From assembly GCA_964252035.1 (NCBI GenBank), contig OZ176204.1: DNA of 64,000 nt; one strand, 5' to 3'. Position numbers and translations under genes: made by a program. The DNA is from Podarcis erhardii (taxonomy: Eukaryota). Under the pieces are notes generated by a model. That model ran no database searches. It was not told the DNA's origin and saw nothing but the letters and a program-made list of their open reading frames with translations. Shown one piece after another: positions 22,701 to 36,149 of the stretch (position 1 is the stretch's first letter; the number at the start of each line of letters is the position of its first letter).

Positions 22701-23361
22701 TCAACACTCCAACACTGACACCCTGATCCAGCTTTGGAGACCATCTCAGCTGTGAGTCCTGGAAGACCTCCTCCTTGCCTTGCTAGGCTTTTCCTACCTG
22801 GCCTGGGAGGGCGGGGCCCTGACTGACTCCAAAAGTTGAGACTGCTGAACAGATGCTAGGGCTGGGATATGGTTTAGGAAGTTTTGTTGGGTTTGTGTGT
22901 TGCTATTATTGATATTAATTTTTTTTTAGTATCTTTATTTTAGATCTTATGACTATTTATGTGGAAATTGTTTCAATTTGGTTGTATACTTTGTATTTAT
23001 TGTTTATGACTATTTTTGTTATGTTTGTAATTATCTTTCTCAGAAGCTGCCTTGAGCATGGAAAAGAGGCATACAAATAAAATGATGCACGGATGCAATG
23101 CTTTTTTTCTGGGGGTACTCAAGAGTGCGCAGTACTGTACTGGCACCTTTTTCTGGAAGAAAAGCACTGGTTAGAAGTGTGGTACTTACTGTAACAACTT
23201 CATGGTGAGTACCGACACCATTTTTTCTAGAAGAAAAGCACTGCATGGATATATTATGTGCCACTAGTAGTTGCCTGTGGTGCATGGGGGTGGTGCATCA
23301 CAGTGCTGTCTGGATTTGGGGCGCTTAAATATGGCAACCATAACTGCAAGTCACTTTAGGC

Positions 23362-23583
23362 CAGGGGTCAGCAAACTTTTTCAGCAGGGGGCCAGTCCAC
23401 TGTCCCTAAGAAAAAAAATAATGAACAAATTCCTATGCCCCACAAATAATCCAGAAATGCATTTTAAATAAAAGGACACATTCTACTCATGTAAAAACAC
23501 GGATTCCCAGACCTGTCAGTGGGCCAGATTTAGAAGGCGACTGGGCCTGATCCGGCCCCCGGGCCTTAGTTTGCCTACCCATG
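23362..23583. mobile_element. 222-bp hAT (Charlie/MER20-like) MITE
   Basis: TIRs caggggtcagcaaact / agtttgcctacccatg; identical 8-bp TSD CTTTAGGC (23354-23361 and 23584-23591). Confidence 0.88.
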
Positions 23584-24825
23584 CTTTAGGCACTTAACAG
23601 GTTCCCCAAGTGCTGGAACTGTAATTAGTGTCCTAGAAGCTGCCTTATAGCAGAGCTGTATCCCGTCTTAAGTGCTGTTGCGTCTCTGATTGCACAGTCA
23701 CACAGCAACCTTTTATTGAGTGCTGCACCTATGGATCTATATTACATACTTATCATGACTGAGTCGTTCTGGAGATAAGTGTGCAAAACGTGTATGTGAA
23801 AGTTTGCAGCTGTGCAGAGCATGGTCATTTGGGCGTTTACTTTCTCCCTCAGTAATTAATTGCAGAGCAATGGGTTTGCAAACAGTAACCAGTATTCATC
23901 AATCAGTCTTGGGATTTCAGTTATCAGTAAGAGAGTCTCAGTAGATTTGGGTGGGAAAACAAGAGTTGTCTAGAGTTTCTAGGCATGTGATCTTCAAGGG
24001 CTCTGTTAGGTAGCTAAAACTGCTAACAATGGTGAAGATAGGATGAATACTTCATGCCTACTGATGATAAAGCCTTTGAGCTTTATATTATGAAGTTTTT
24101 CTTTCTCTGACTCAAGAAAATCTGATGGTGCATGCCCTAGGCAGAATAATGGTCTTTTGGGAGAGTGTGCAAGCTTTGAGGTTCATAGCATTTTTCTGCA
24201 GGATGTGGATGCTCATGGTGGCCAAAATGACCGAACTTTGCATCTTCTGAGATGGACAGTTGTGTGGCTGAATTGTGTTTTTTGGGGTTTGGGTTTGGCA
24301 GCCCACAAGAAGGCTTAGCAATAAGTTTATTCATATCACCTTATCTTTTTTGTCTGGCTTGCACATTGGCCACAAGAAGGGCCTTATGAGATGACAGGAT
24401 GACATTTGCAGCTGACATTTAAGATAAGGATTTAAGATAAGATTGTTATCCCAGTCCCCTCACTGAAGAGTCCTTGTTTGCTGCTGTGCCTTTTCCCATT
24501 TCTTCAGTCTCAACTAAAGAGTTAAGTATCTTAGAAGGAAATCCGGATCCCTCTGTTTGGAAAAGATGTAATGTAATCAACAGAGGCTGCACATGATCCA
24601 GCATCCAAGCCAAGTGAAATCACCTGACTGATTCCAGTGCCACCTTTGCCAACTATAATAAGCTTTCTTTGTTTTTTTAACTGGGAAGTGGTGCTAAAGT
24701 GTGATCAGCAGTTCAATATTGTCAACAAGTTCTAGGCAGAAGCAAGGGGAAGAAAAGAGTTATCTTTAAAAAAAAAATCTAAGTAGCCAGTAGCTGAAAG
24801 CTCTTGTATTTCTACAGACAAACGT

Positions 24826-25020
24826 ATAGAACTGTAGTGTTGGATGGGATCCAAAGGGTCATCTTGTCCAACCTTCGGCAATGCAGAAATCACAACTAGA
24901 GAATGGGCATCTAACCTCTGTTTAAAAATTTCCAGTGAAGGAGAGTCCACCACCTTTCAATGTAGTCAGTTCCACTGTTGTACAGTTTACTGTCAGAAAG
25001 TTCTTCCCAATCACTCTTCA
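24826..25020 (-). mobile_element. CR1 LINE 3' fragment
   Basis: Minus-strand translation VDSPSLEIFKQRLDAH matches the CR1 ORF2 end, followed by a CR1-type 3'UTR (GGTTGGACAAGATGACCC). Confidence 0.7.
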
Positions 25021-25759
25021 TGAGATGATATCTTAAGGAGCTCCCTAGATATTATCACAATGGAAAGAAGAACAGCAAACATTTAATTTGCCTAGGGCAA
25101 AGAAAGCTCTTGGGCTAACCCTGTTTCTAGCCATCTCCAAGTGTTCAATTATCCTTGTCCTCAAACCCCCCAGTTAAGAGTGGGCAAACTAATCTCACAG
25201 CTTCTTCCAACCCAAAGGCCTGGTAGGATGACTTATACTAATAAAGCCATGGATTGCTAGCCAACTGCACTGTTAATGGTCTTCTAATTGTAATAAGTTT
25301 ACTTGTTTATCAATCATTGGCTTCAACAGGATGCACAGATACAATGAACCATGTACTAAATGCCACAAATGATATCATTTGCTACTAAGCACAGGTCTAG
25401 GCTGAGCACGTCTAGGCAATTCTCTTCCATCTAACTACTGGCTTGGCATGCAACCTTAGGCCACTCACTTAATATCTCATCTTCCACCTGCAGCAGAACA
25501 ATACTAATCATATACACTACATAGAAGTGCCATGCGGCTTACACTAATGATGCTTGCAATGCCTCTAACAACTGGGTTCACCTGGGGGTATTTGGTAGCT
25601 CCAAAGTCCTGATGAGGACATCTAGCACATCTCAGATAGAAAGCTTTTATCAGAAGTAGGCTATGATTTTGTCCTGGGAAATTTTCATGAATAATACAAC
25701 AATGAATGTACAGGAAAAACAAGTTGCCAAAGAGCTGTTGAAAACCACCTTTCCTTTTA

Positions 25760-25880
25760 AAACCTTTGGTCCTCCTGATGGTGTTGGACTGCATTGGCCC
25801 AAACCAGCATGGCCAATGGTCAGGGATGATCGGTGGTGGAGTCCAACATCTGGAAAGCCACAAGTTCCCCACCCATGATT
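25760..25880. mobile_element. Fragment of an abundant squamate non-autonomous DNA transposon
   Basis: CCAGATGTTGGACTCC...CATCCCTGACCATTGGCCATGCTGG pattern; a similar fragment occurs near 57105-57260; ends not resolved. Confidence 0.45.
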
Positions 25881-28800
25881 TACAGAAAAATTGTACATCA
25901 CGTGCAGATATTACTACTGCTACTAGCTTACTGGTTCTTTCTCAAAGCAGAGCCCAGAATGGCTAACAACAAATATAAAATACAACAAAAAATCCTAAGA
26001 AACACAACATTAAAAATGAATTAACCAGCATAAAATACATTTACTCCAAACCAACGCAGTCAGTTGCACAGCAGTATAAGCCAATAGAGCTGCCCTCATT
26101 ATGCTCCAAAGGCCAATACAAATAAATGTTTCAAGCTGGCATGTGAATGTAAATGGGGAACAATCTGATCTGTACTTGGAGTTTGCACATGAGATGCCAC
26201 CACTAAGTATGCTCTACTGCATGTACCACCCTCCCTCTCCTTCTTCCAACCCAGAACATATTCATCAAAGTCACCAACAGCAGAGTTTCCAGCCAATATT
26301 ATGGTTTAGTCAGAAGTTGTGTTGTTTTTAAAAATTATTATTAATTTATTGCAACGTATTTCTGCTGTGGGGCATCACATGAATCTTCAAGCAGGTTTCA
26401 AGGCAGGGAGATAGGAGGAAGGGGGCAGGATAGGAAGTAGACACAGGAACAAGAGGCAGGCTAGTGGAAACCTGAAAGGGGCAACACCTGTGGCAAACAC
26501 CACAGGACCAAAGCCAGGAGAGGTGTTGCCGAACTTCATTTTCCCACTCCGTCTTTAGCTTACTTTGGTGGAGGCACTTCTTCATTACTGGCAAAATTAA
26601 GAGATCCTGGTCCAGCTCCACCACTTAGTTCAAAGCTGTGACTACAGGCTCCATGGGTGGCCTACTCATTTCATGCTCCAACACAAACATGGCTTTTCTC
26701 TTGAAACACCCCGTTACTCCTCAAAGTGCTTGTAGAGTCTCTCTGCTTTGTTTGAAGCAGACTGTGATACCACAGTAGGTGAAAATGAGGACATGGCATC
26801 AATTCTTAATTCACCTATTTTTCTAGCCTGGAAAGATGACACTGGAGGACAATAATGGCAAGTTCCCACTTTCACCTCAACACAGTGTTACATGATTTGG
26901 ATCTGCCAGCATGCCATAGCTTTGTTACATACGACTTTGTTTTTAGTGCTGTTATCAGTTCCATTTGTGCAACTTCACTTTTTGCAGCCAGCTTTCTCGT
27001 CAACAGATGCAGATCTTTCAGCTGAGGCAACATCCTCCCCTCTAGTTCAAGGTAAGCGTCTGTGGTCACCAGCTGGCTGCTATCTGTTGAAGATAAGCTT
27101 AAGTAAGCCAAGCTGCTTTGCCAAGCCTACCAAATCCAACAACAGAATCAGTTGCTACTTCTTTCTTCTCTTTTAAGACCAGAACAAAGAATACATGTTC
27201 AGACAAGTTCCAAAAAGCCTCAAGGAGAGATTTCATAACCCAAGATACGACATATCCCAAGTTTTGGAACGATGAAGGGTAAATGTTATACCAAGGAAAG
27301 GTGACATTTGTATCACCGGCCCCACCTAGCACCTGGTGGAAGAACTTGGTAATTAACTAGTACCTGCTTAATGGGTTGCAGTACATGGAAACAGGCTATA
27401 ACTTGTTTAATGTAGCATGAAGTTTCATACATACCTGTCTCATTCCTGACTGAGCTGAGTTAAAGGAAATGGTGTATGCCATTGGCAAATGTTGATCTGA
27501 TATTGGGTTTGGGTCACCTTATCCGTTACTGAATCCGGATCAATATGGTTTACTGATTGCGTGTCTTCTGCTTTCTGAAGGTCAGCTCTGTGGCTTAGTG
27601 GGAAAGCAGTAGTGTTGACCGGTCAAGTTTAATCAGATGCGTAATATTTGCCCTACAAACTAAGATGACCGGACAAAAAGCCACTTTGGCCTTCATGCCC
27701 ACAAGGATAATTAATAAATGGAAGGGCAATGCAATGTAGACTGAAGTAGAACTATTATGGCCTGCAGCCCAGTTTCTTCACAGTTCCCTGTTCCCTGTGC
27801 AGCAATCAGGGATTTGGGCTTTATTCCACAGCAGATGGGAGCAGAGGATGAGAATGGTCTTTAATTGACGAACTATGTGGAAGCATGGCATCTGCACACT
27901 TTCCAATTGCCTTGCAAACTTAGTTTACAGGGCTTCCACCTAGCAACTTCAACAAAAACATTCAAGGTTCGAAACTGCAGAAGTGAAATTGTTCCCAAGA
28001 AGCTGTGGGTAGCAATCTGATTTTTAGAAACTTAAAAATCTTGCTTTTACGGTTTAGGCTGCTGTAAAAAACTTGGTTTGCATTCCTCCACAGTGCTGCT
28101 TCCAAAGTGCTCCCAATCTACACAGCAATGGAATTTCTGTCTTAAAAACACACACACAAGACTGCAATACAAAAAACAACAACACACACCCTAAAATGCA
28201 AGAATGCATAAAACCTAAAAGTCTCCGCATTGCATCTGGTACGTAACTCCTAAACGCCACATTTGAGTATCAGTTTCAAAACCAGTGAAATGTAGCTAAT
28301 AGACATTCATTCACAAATATGCATCAAGTAAAATTATGAAATTCAAATTATTTATCCAAGAGATAATTGGATTGTAGAGCAGTTTGCCACTGGTATTTTA
28401 AATGTACTGCTTCATACAGTGTTAGATTAAAAGCTGAAATACTGACTCATGCCATTGCTGCAATAATTAACTGTCCAGTAGGGGGAATACAATATACATA
28501 TCAAATCTAAAAAAGGAAAAGCAATGTATTTTAATAAAATGGAAAAGGAAAAAAGACTTAAAAATGGGGACAAGAATGAATTTCACCTGACTTATTTCTT
28601 TAGCACTACACGGGAAAGTTATTTGAGGTTCCTGTAAAAAGAAGTGTGTTTTAGTAAGCTTTCATCTATGTCCCCTACCCCATAATACCTGCTTAAGGCC
28701 AGTTTACACAGTTCTTTTCTTCTGACACATGAACAGTTAAATCTTCAGCCATACCCTGATGTGCCAGAGTTATGATATGAACATGATTATCACTAGGGTC

Positions 28801-31559
28801 AGGCTTTATTCTGGAACGACCTTCTGAATGCCTTGGCTTGGATGCAGACAAAGAAAATGTTTGTTTGAGCAGTAGAGGCACCTATCCTGGGCTTTGGATT
28901 TGTCCATCTCAGTTGCAGAATCAGGATGAGAACACTGTGAAGTCTGGACCCTGCATGTTAGCTTAAACAAATTAAGCTTAAATATTTTGGTTGCATTGCG
29001 TGGAAAGAATCTGGGGAAACAGGATGTGATCTTGCAGCTTGCTCCTGACCTCCACACTGTAATTAAAAGGATCAGTAGCATTACATCTACAGAGAGAGGC
29101 ATGTGCCATTGAAAGAAAAGATCACCAGTTCTTGCATAGCCATTAAAATTCTCTTTATTACAATAATTTGTCCATTTTAATAAACACAATTTGAAATCTC
29201 AGGTGCACAGAGCAATTAAAACTTGTGATGCTTCCTAAATAACTTAAATTCTAATACATTCTAAATGTTTACAAGCCAATGATTAAACAAGATTGTGTGA
29301 ACTCAATAAATAGTAACATCTGGTCCAGTTCAAGTATGTACCAACAAACACAGACTTAACAGAGACAGGAAAACCCTGAAAGCCTGATATTAAACTAGTG
29401 TGCAGGCCAGTAGCATAGTTGTCAAGTTTTTTGGGGGGGGGGGCAATTCTTAGATTCTTTGGTTTTATAATGAAAAATAATAATAATAATACATGGGTTA
29501 CTTAACACCCATTACAGTAGTAAGTAAAGACAAATAATAAATTATTACTAGTTCTAAATACTTTTAAAAAATTATCTGAGATACTTTGCAACACTTTATA
29601 AATAAGAAAGCTTTTTACATAGTAGTAATAAATAGTCTGCATTGTGCTATACATACAACTTAATGTGTACAAATGACATTTGTGAAGAATTCAGTCAGGT
29701 ATGAAAGTAGCATTTCTTAAGTTTCAGATTTTTGGTGCAAAAATTCCAAGTCAAGGTGGCCCATTGTTGCAAGAGAAGAGCCTCCCACCTCCCCAGCTAT
29801 GTGTGGTTATCTCCCAGCAGGATATGCATCCTTCATTGGGAACTGCCTATGTCAGCATTCTTACTGATGACAAAATAAAGATCTTCATGTTCCCTCCACA
29901 GATTAATTATGTCTTTCCTGTAACAGTGCAAGAGTATTCATGTTTCTAAAAGCCAGCCGTAAACACTTATTTCTTTTATTGCTGGTTTTCATTTTTCTCT
30001 TTTAAGAGACTTTAAACTCTCTTATTCACCTTTGAATTTTTTATGCTGAAAGGTGGAATAAAATGTTTTAAAGAGGATGGATGCAAAGTTCAGTACACCT
30101 GATACATGGGATTAGATGTGTGCTCGAAAGCCATGTCTGCCCCTGCCTCTTACTTACATTGCCTAGCCGAAGGTCAGGACCTCAAAGGCTCTAAAGTTTA
30201 TGAATCTGAAATGTGCTGTTTGACCTCATCTCTGATGGTAATAAATGGAATGTTTCTGCCATTTAATGAAATGGAACCTAGCCTAGTGACAGCACACACT
30301 TGCAAGATAACAAAGAAAGTTAACTGAAGATGCTGGTTCCATTTCCTCCCACAAAAAATATTATAATATGAAACAGGTAATGTAATATTTTTATTGGGAG
30401 ATCTTGGCAACTGGGCGATTTTGTGTGTGTTGATTTACTCATAGATAAGAAAATTCTTAAAGGTGCCAATGGCAAGAAAATATAATATGGTAATTCACAG
30501 ATATTTTTTCTATAATTTCTCCAATTTTCTTTAAAAACATTTTAAAAAAGGAAATGCAACAAATACACTTGCTCTGATTTTAGATATGGCTCAGCAAACT
30601 CAAATGGTACCTGGTGCATTTTTAAAAAGATCATCCTGTGATTAATGCTGCTAACAGTTTTACAGAATCTATGCATTTTACCACTCCAAGCCTTACTAAA
30701 ACAACAAAAAAGTAAAGCAGTTTACTTTAGTGGAACTCTGGGTGATATAAACACACATATTGCTGAAACACAACTATAATAATACTATACTGGGCACCTA
30801 TATCATCAACATAGAAATTAATGGAAGTGAAATTCAAAGTCTGCTCAGAGCTTTAGCTGATCAATCATTAAAAACATTTTAATTAATTTAGATGGTGTGT
30901 CTGATCAACTGGGCAAATGCAGGATATTTTTTCTTTAACTATATATCTGCCTTTCTTCCATTATGCAACTCAAAGCATACCAGATGCTCCTCAATCATTT
31001 CCCCATGCAGGCACAGACCACACCCAACCAGTTTCAGCAAGGCTGCTGCATCTTGTGTTTTCAACCATGCCCTGGGACCAAACCTTCCCACCATCATGTG
31101 CCACCACCTCCCTCCTGCATCCCTCATTGCACATTCTAAGATGGTGCAACAAGTATGTTCATCATCTGAGACAAAGGAAGATGTCCCTACTTTAGGACTT
31201 CTTTTATTCATGTGCAAATTTATGCAGACTTAATACACTTAGACTGTCAGTCGACTAAGGTTTCTTAAATTGGGCGATGGCTCTGAGTGAAACAAAATTA
31301 AGTGCCTGGTTGATTTCTAAAATTAGGAAGAATAAAACCTTAAGGAAAGAAGAGAAGAGATAAGTAATCCTACCAGAGGCAAAACGTGGAACATATTTAG
31401 TCTTCTGAAATGTTGTCAAGGCACCGAAGGGGGAAAGGGCTTCACTGCTTCTGCCCCCCCCCACCCCAATGTAGATTGTAAGCCCTTTGAATATATGAAC
31501 TGTGAGTATTTCATACAAGACATGGATATTGTTATCATCTGATTGAACCCATGTTATCA

Positions 31560-31952
31560 GCAGTAACACAACAATAACTTATAGATGTACTTACAAGACC
31601 CGTAGTTCACTGCTGGACTAGGTGATGTAAATAAAAGTATTTTAGCCAAGGATTTTTCAGGTTATTTCTTCCTCACTCCCAGAATATTTTCACTAAACAA
31701 TTTACCTGAACCAACACTGAGAGAATCCCTGAGAATTCTAGTTTAAAGAGAGCTGTTGTGCCTATTACAGGCTGAGAAAGTGGAGCTTTACTGCTATCAG
31801 ATATGTCACTTTGCTTCACTGTATTTCAGACATTGTTTTTAAATGGTGCTGTCGTGTAGATGCATAGAACAAGCTTCTCATTATGCTTGCCTTTCAACAG
31901 TGCAAACAAAAGGTGCATAAGCAGGATCAGCAGAAAACCATTAGTGTTCACC
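31560..31952 (-). other. RBM20: RBM20 proximal 3' UTR (distal end not determinable, probably extends further left)
   Basis: Directly follows the TGA at 31955-31953; the left coordinate is arbitrary. Confidence 0.6.
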
Positions 31953-32063
31953 TCATAGCTTTTTCTCCTCAAAGTGAGGGACAATTCCATTATCATCTTG
32001 TGGCAAACTGCTTTCTTTCTCATTCATCTTCAGATTCTCTTCTGCAAGCTGGGATAGGTACTT
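31953..32063 (-). CDS. RBM20: RBM20 exon 14 (KYLSQLAEENLKMNEKESSLPQDDNGIVPHFEEKKL*)
   Basis: 111 nt, tttcattcaccacag acceptor; matches the RBM20 C-terminus. Confidence 0.95.
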   Translation of the reverse strand, partial: KYLSQLAEENLKMNEKESSLPQDDNGIVPHFEEKKL

Positions 32064-32180
32064 CTGTGGTGAATGAAATAATGAAAATATAGGTAATTTG
32101 ATTTTCAACCATATAACTTCATGCCTTCAAGCCACTGCCACAAATGCTTATGTCACTCTATAGGGCTGAAGATGCCTTGA

Positions 32181-32325
32181 GGGATAGGCTCAGCTAGTAG
32201 AGCATGGGACTCTTAATCTCAGAGTCATGGGTTTGAGCCCCAAGTTTGGTGAAAGATTCCTGCATTGCAGGGGGTTGGACTAGATGATCCTCGTGGTCCC
32301 TTCCAACTACAGTTCTATGATTCTA
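32181..32325 (+). mobile_element. tRNA-Lys-derived SINE with CR1-type 3' tail
   Basis: Head GGGATAGGCTCAGCTAGTAGAGCATGGGACTCTTAATCTCAGAGTCATGGGTTTGAGCCCC; tail GGGTTGGACTAGATGATCC...GGTCCCTTCCAAC...TTCTATGATTCTA. Confidence 0.85.
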
Positions 32326-33087
32326 ATGCTCACATAACTCCTAAAATGGAGGAAATACCAATATGATATCTAGGCCCAAAAACAGAAGTCAGCATAACCA
32401 GGCATTTACCAAGGCTCACATGCCACCAAAGGACCCCACAGCTGAACGAAATATCATTATTTTACACCACATCTTATTACTGTTGATCTGCCTGCAACCT
32501 CACCTCACCTCCTGCCCAACAGGAAGAAAACACTACCTATTTTGCCACCCAAAGGAACAGGTGGACAGGAACTAGCTAGGGATGAGAAATACTGCCACAG
32601 CAGTGGCTGTGAGCTTGTAGGAACAGCTGTCCTCTTTTTCCTCATAACTAGGTTGCTTTGTCAGCTTGCCCCTCTGAGCAGTGCAAGGAGGGGGAGCCAC
32701 ATCATTAGTATTTAGCCAAATGTTAATTCACTATTGGTTTGTTCTGTAACAATAGCTCTGTTCAGAGCTTGATTTGAACAAGGTCTAAACTTGGGAACAT
32801 GTGAAGTATTAAAGCAAAGTACTTCTGAATATGTGTAGCGAGCCTTCTCCCATCAAACTGAGTAATAATCCCATGAATATACTGTCCACATTATTTGCAG
32901 TACCAGGAAAGGAAGTGAAACACACCAGTCAATATGACATTTATAAAGTTCATAATGTCCAGCCATTCTAGTGCTCAGCCATGAAGGAGAGTAGGATAGC
33001 CCATCTAAGAGTTGCTTCACACAACATACATATACACAGCATGTTTTAGATATATATATTTGAGATTGAATTGTGTACACACAAATA

Positions 33088-33442
33088 CAGTGGTGCCCCG
33101 CAAGACGAACGCCTCGCAAGACGGAAAACCCGCTAGACGAAAGGGTTTTCTGTTTTGGAGGTGCTTCGCAAAACTAATTTCCCTATGGGCTTGCTTCGCA
33201 AGACGAAAACGTCTTGCGAGTTCCTGCGGGTTTTTTTCCCCTTCCCCCCCCTTTCCTAAGCCGCTAAGCCGCTTATCAGCTGTTCCGCTGATAAGCCGCT
33301 TAACAGCTGATCGCTAAATGCCGCTAAACCGCTAATAGCGCTAATCCGCTAAGCTGTCAATGGGCTTGCTTCGCAAGACGAAAAAACCGCTATACGAAGA
33401 GCCTAACGGAACGGATTAATTTCGTCTTGCGAGGCACCACTG
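33088..33442. mobile_element. 355-bp Tc1/mariner-pogo (Tigger-like) MITE
   Basis: 22-bp TIRs CAGTGGTGCCCCGCAAGACGAA / TTCGTCTTGCGAGGCACCACTG (1 mismatch); TA on both sides; CpG-rich with internal CCGCTAA repeats. Confidence 0.92.
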
Positions 33443-35689
33443 TATGTTTTCCCACCACACATATCATTCATATAGAAATGCCAGGGAACTGGGATTGATG
33501 TGGCTTCATGCTGCCCTGTATACCTAATAGTCAATGCAGGGTTGTTATATAATGGCAGTGAGACCGTTTAGAAACTACATCTAGAATCAAGGCCAGTTTA
33601 TCTATTGCATTTGATATTAAGCGGAGGTGGTGGCTCTCCTTTAATTCCCTTACCCCTCCCCACTTTATGACCCTACTTTTGTAGCAGGAAGGGTGCGTCA
33701 CATCATTTCTGATCAGCCCCCAACTCCTACATGCCAAACTGCAACAGCAACTATGAACCACACATGACGTCACTTCTCTTCTGCTACTCAATGACATCAC
33801 AGCCCTACACAGGGCAGTGCTCTTAGTATAGACCAGCTGTGCACCTAATGAGAAGCTGGATTCAGTATAAATGCACACAAGGGGTGTGGTGAAGCTGACA
33901 ACTGTCTAAATGCTTCTTCTCCTGACTCGCTGCCAAGGAAATGCCAGTTACTTCACGCTCTTAAAAAGAGATTCATCTGTTGCTTAGGTTCACTAAAACC
34001 ATTAATGTATATAGACTTTTAATGAGCAAATGCATATTTTTCCAGCTATTTAAAACTGCTTTGGTCTTGGATTAGTGGCTGCCCTAAAGGGAGAAAAAGA
34101 ATCCCGAAGGCAAGCCTTTCACCTGTTGCCATCTCTCCTTTCACTTAGACTTGTGCGTGACATGCTACCGTGCTCTACCCAGCATTCTGTATTAACTTGC
34201 AGCATGCACTTCATTTTCTAGAGAAAGGCCAAGGCTGGGTGACAGTTAATCTTCTCTTGATGTGTAACAATTTGATGCGCAATGACTTTTGATATGTGCA
34301 GCAAGGGAATTGAACCAAAGCTCTTTAGCTTCTAGTTGGTTTTGACAACTTGTGAGATGTAACAGAAGGCCTGAATTGTAATCACACAAAATATATGAGG
34401 TCGGAAATGGCCAGAATTTATGATGAAAACAGCAATGGAAGTTCTTGAAAGTCAGAGCAGAGAGCTGTAGGCAAACACATATCCAAATAGAAAAGGCTTA
34501 TTTATCTGAAACAGAAGTATGCAACACGGGGTTATAGTAAATCTTCAGCTCTTGTTATCTATAGGTTGTTGTTCTGTACCAGAAAATCCAGTGACATACT
34601 TCTTTATTCACTTCATTTGACACGTAAGATATATTTCTAAACCGCCCTGTCATCTTTGGATGAAGAGCAGTATATAAATTTAATATAAATAAAGACATTT
34701 TGAAAGAAGAAAGCAAAGAGAGAAAAGGTGGACTTCAGAAAGTGAATTGGGTATGATTGCATTAAGACCTATGCTTTTTAAGTTATTAGAGATATAGGAG
34801 GAGTTAATTTGGTCTGCTTTGTTAGTAGATCAACAGAATTCTATGTTCCTGAACTTGCTTGCAGATTGGAAGACTACTATTAATTGGATTATGCAATTCT
34901 CTAGATTTTGTGCTGCAGTTAGAGGAAATTAATCAAAATACATTGAAATGCATTGAAAAATGTGTACTTCACAGGCAGAGAGTGTACAAAATGTGTACAA
35001 TTTACATGTAGGCTTAGAATGTTCACAGAACGAACTTACACTCATACACCCATCTCTCCTCACTGCTGTCTTATACTAGGTGTTCAGTACTGAACTCAAC
35101 AGCTAACAATCAATATCCCATTATTTGTAAATGATGTATAGCACACATACTCATATATTCCCTGCTGACAATGTCTGCACTGCCTATAGATGTTCAACCA
35201 GGCACCCACCAAGCTGAGGATGTTCCAAAACACCTAGGTAACAGGTAGGAAGGAAGCCAGACACCCCTGCATCATGCTTCTTCCCAGAGCATACATGCCA
35301 TGGCTTTAGCCACCCTTAGGAGGTGCTTTACTAGAAACAATTTCTAAGCTTTGCCATGGCTGCTATAACTCTTCAGGCTCCAGGAAAAGAAGCTTGAAGG
35401 GTTGATCCTAGAGGGCAAGACTGATCCATCCCCCTAATCTGTATCATTTTTTTTTTTTGCCATAGTTGAATACTGCCCATAGACTATAAAATGCTGCAAT
35501 AAATGAGCTGTAGAACTGAAAAATGGGTTGAAAATAATCTAACTTGGATTCACAAGTAGACAGTGTTAAGTGCTTCACATGACAAGGGTGGTAAACATGC
35601 AGTAGTGCAGGAGGTATGCAGCCCCAAGACTTGTTTATGCGTGCCATTACATTTCAGATACTAATTTGTGTGAATAAATCAGTTGTTAC

Positions 35690-35811
35690 CTGAAGATTTT
35701 TGTAGTGAACAGTACTTCTGCAATGACGAGTCTTTGCTGTCTCCTCATTTGTATAGAAAAGTCCACAGAGTTTGCAGTAAAAGCCAGTTCTGGGCACAAT
35801 GAATTCCATGC
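35690..35811 (-). CDS. RBM20: RBM20 exon 13 ([41 protein letters not shown]; second matrin/U1-type zinc finger)
   Basis: 122 nt, ttttatag acceptor and CAG|gtaaca donor. Confidence 0.97.
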
Positions 35812-36149
35812 CTATAAAACAATATTGACTTGCAATTATTACCGGGGGTGGGAATCAGATAGCCTTATAAAGAAAATTCCTTTCCATGGGGAGAAAAATG
35901 GTTGAACTTATTTTGGCGTCACCGGAATTTCTTAAAGTATAGTGCTTTCACTTCTCAGATATTTATAATTTCTCTATCAAAAATAATATAGAGTAATGTA
36001 GCATAGGAGGCCGCCCTATATAGAGTCAGACCATGGGTCCATTGTCTCTCACTAGGTGGTCTTGGCTAAGTCACTTTTTCTTACTCTCTCTCCCACCTGA
36101 CTGTGCCATGTGCCAGCCCTTCCTGTTACCTAGGGAATTGTGGTTGTCC

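Noticed and set aside
32181-32255. tRNA-Lys gene
   Set aside because: Acceptor and D stems are degenerate, there is no T-run terminator, and it continues into a CR1-type tail, so it is a SINE head.
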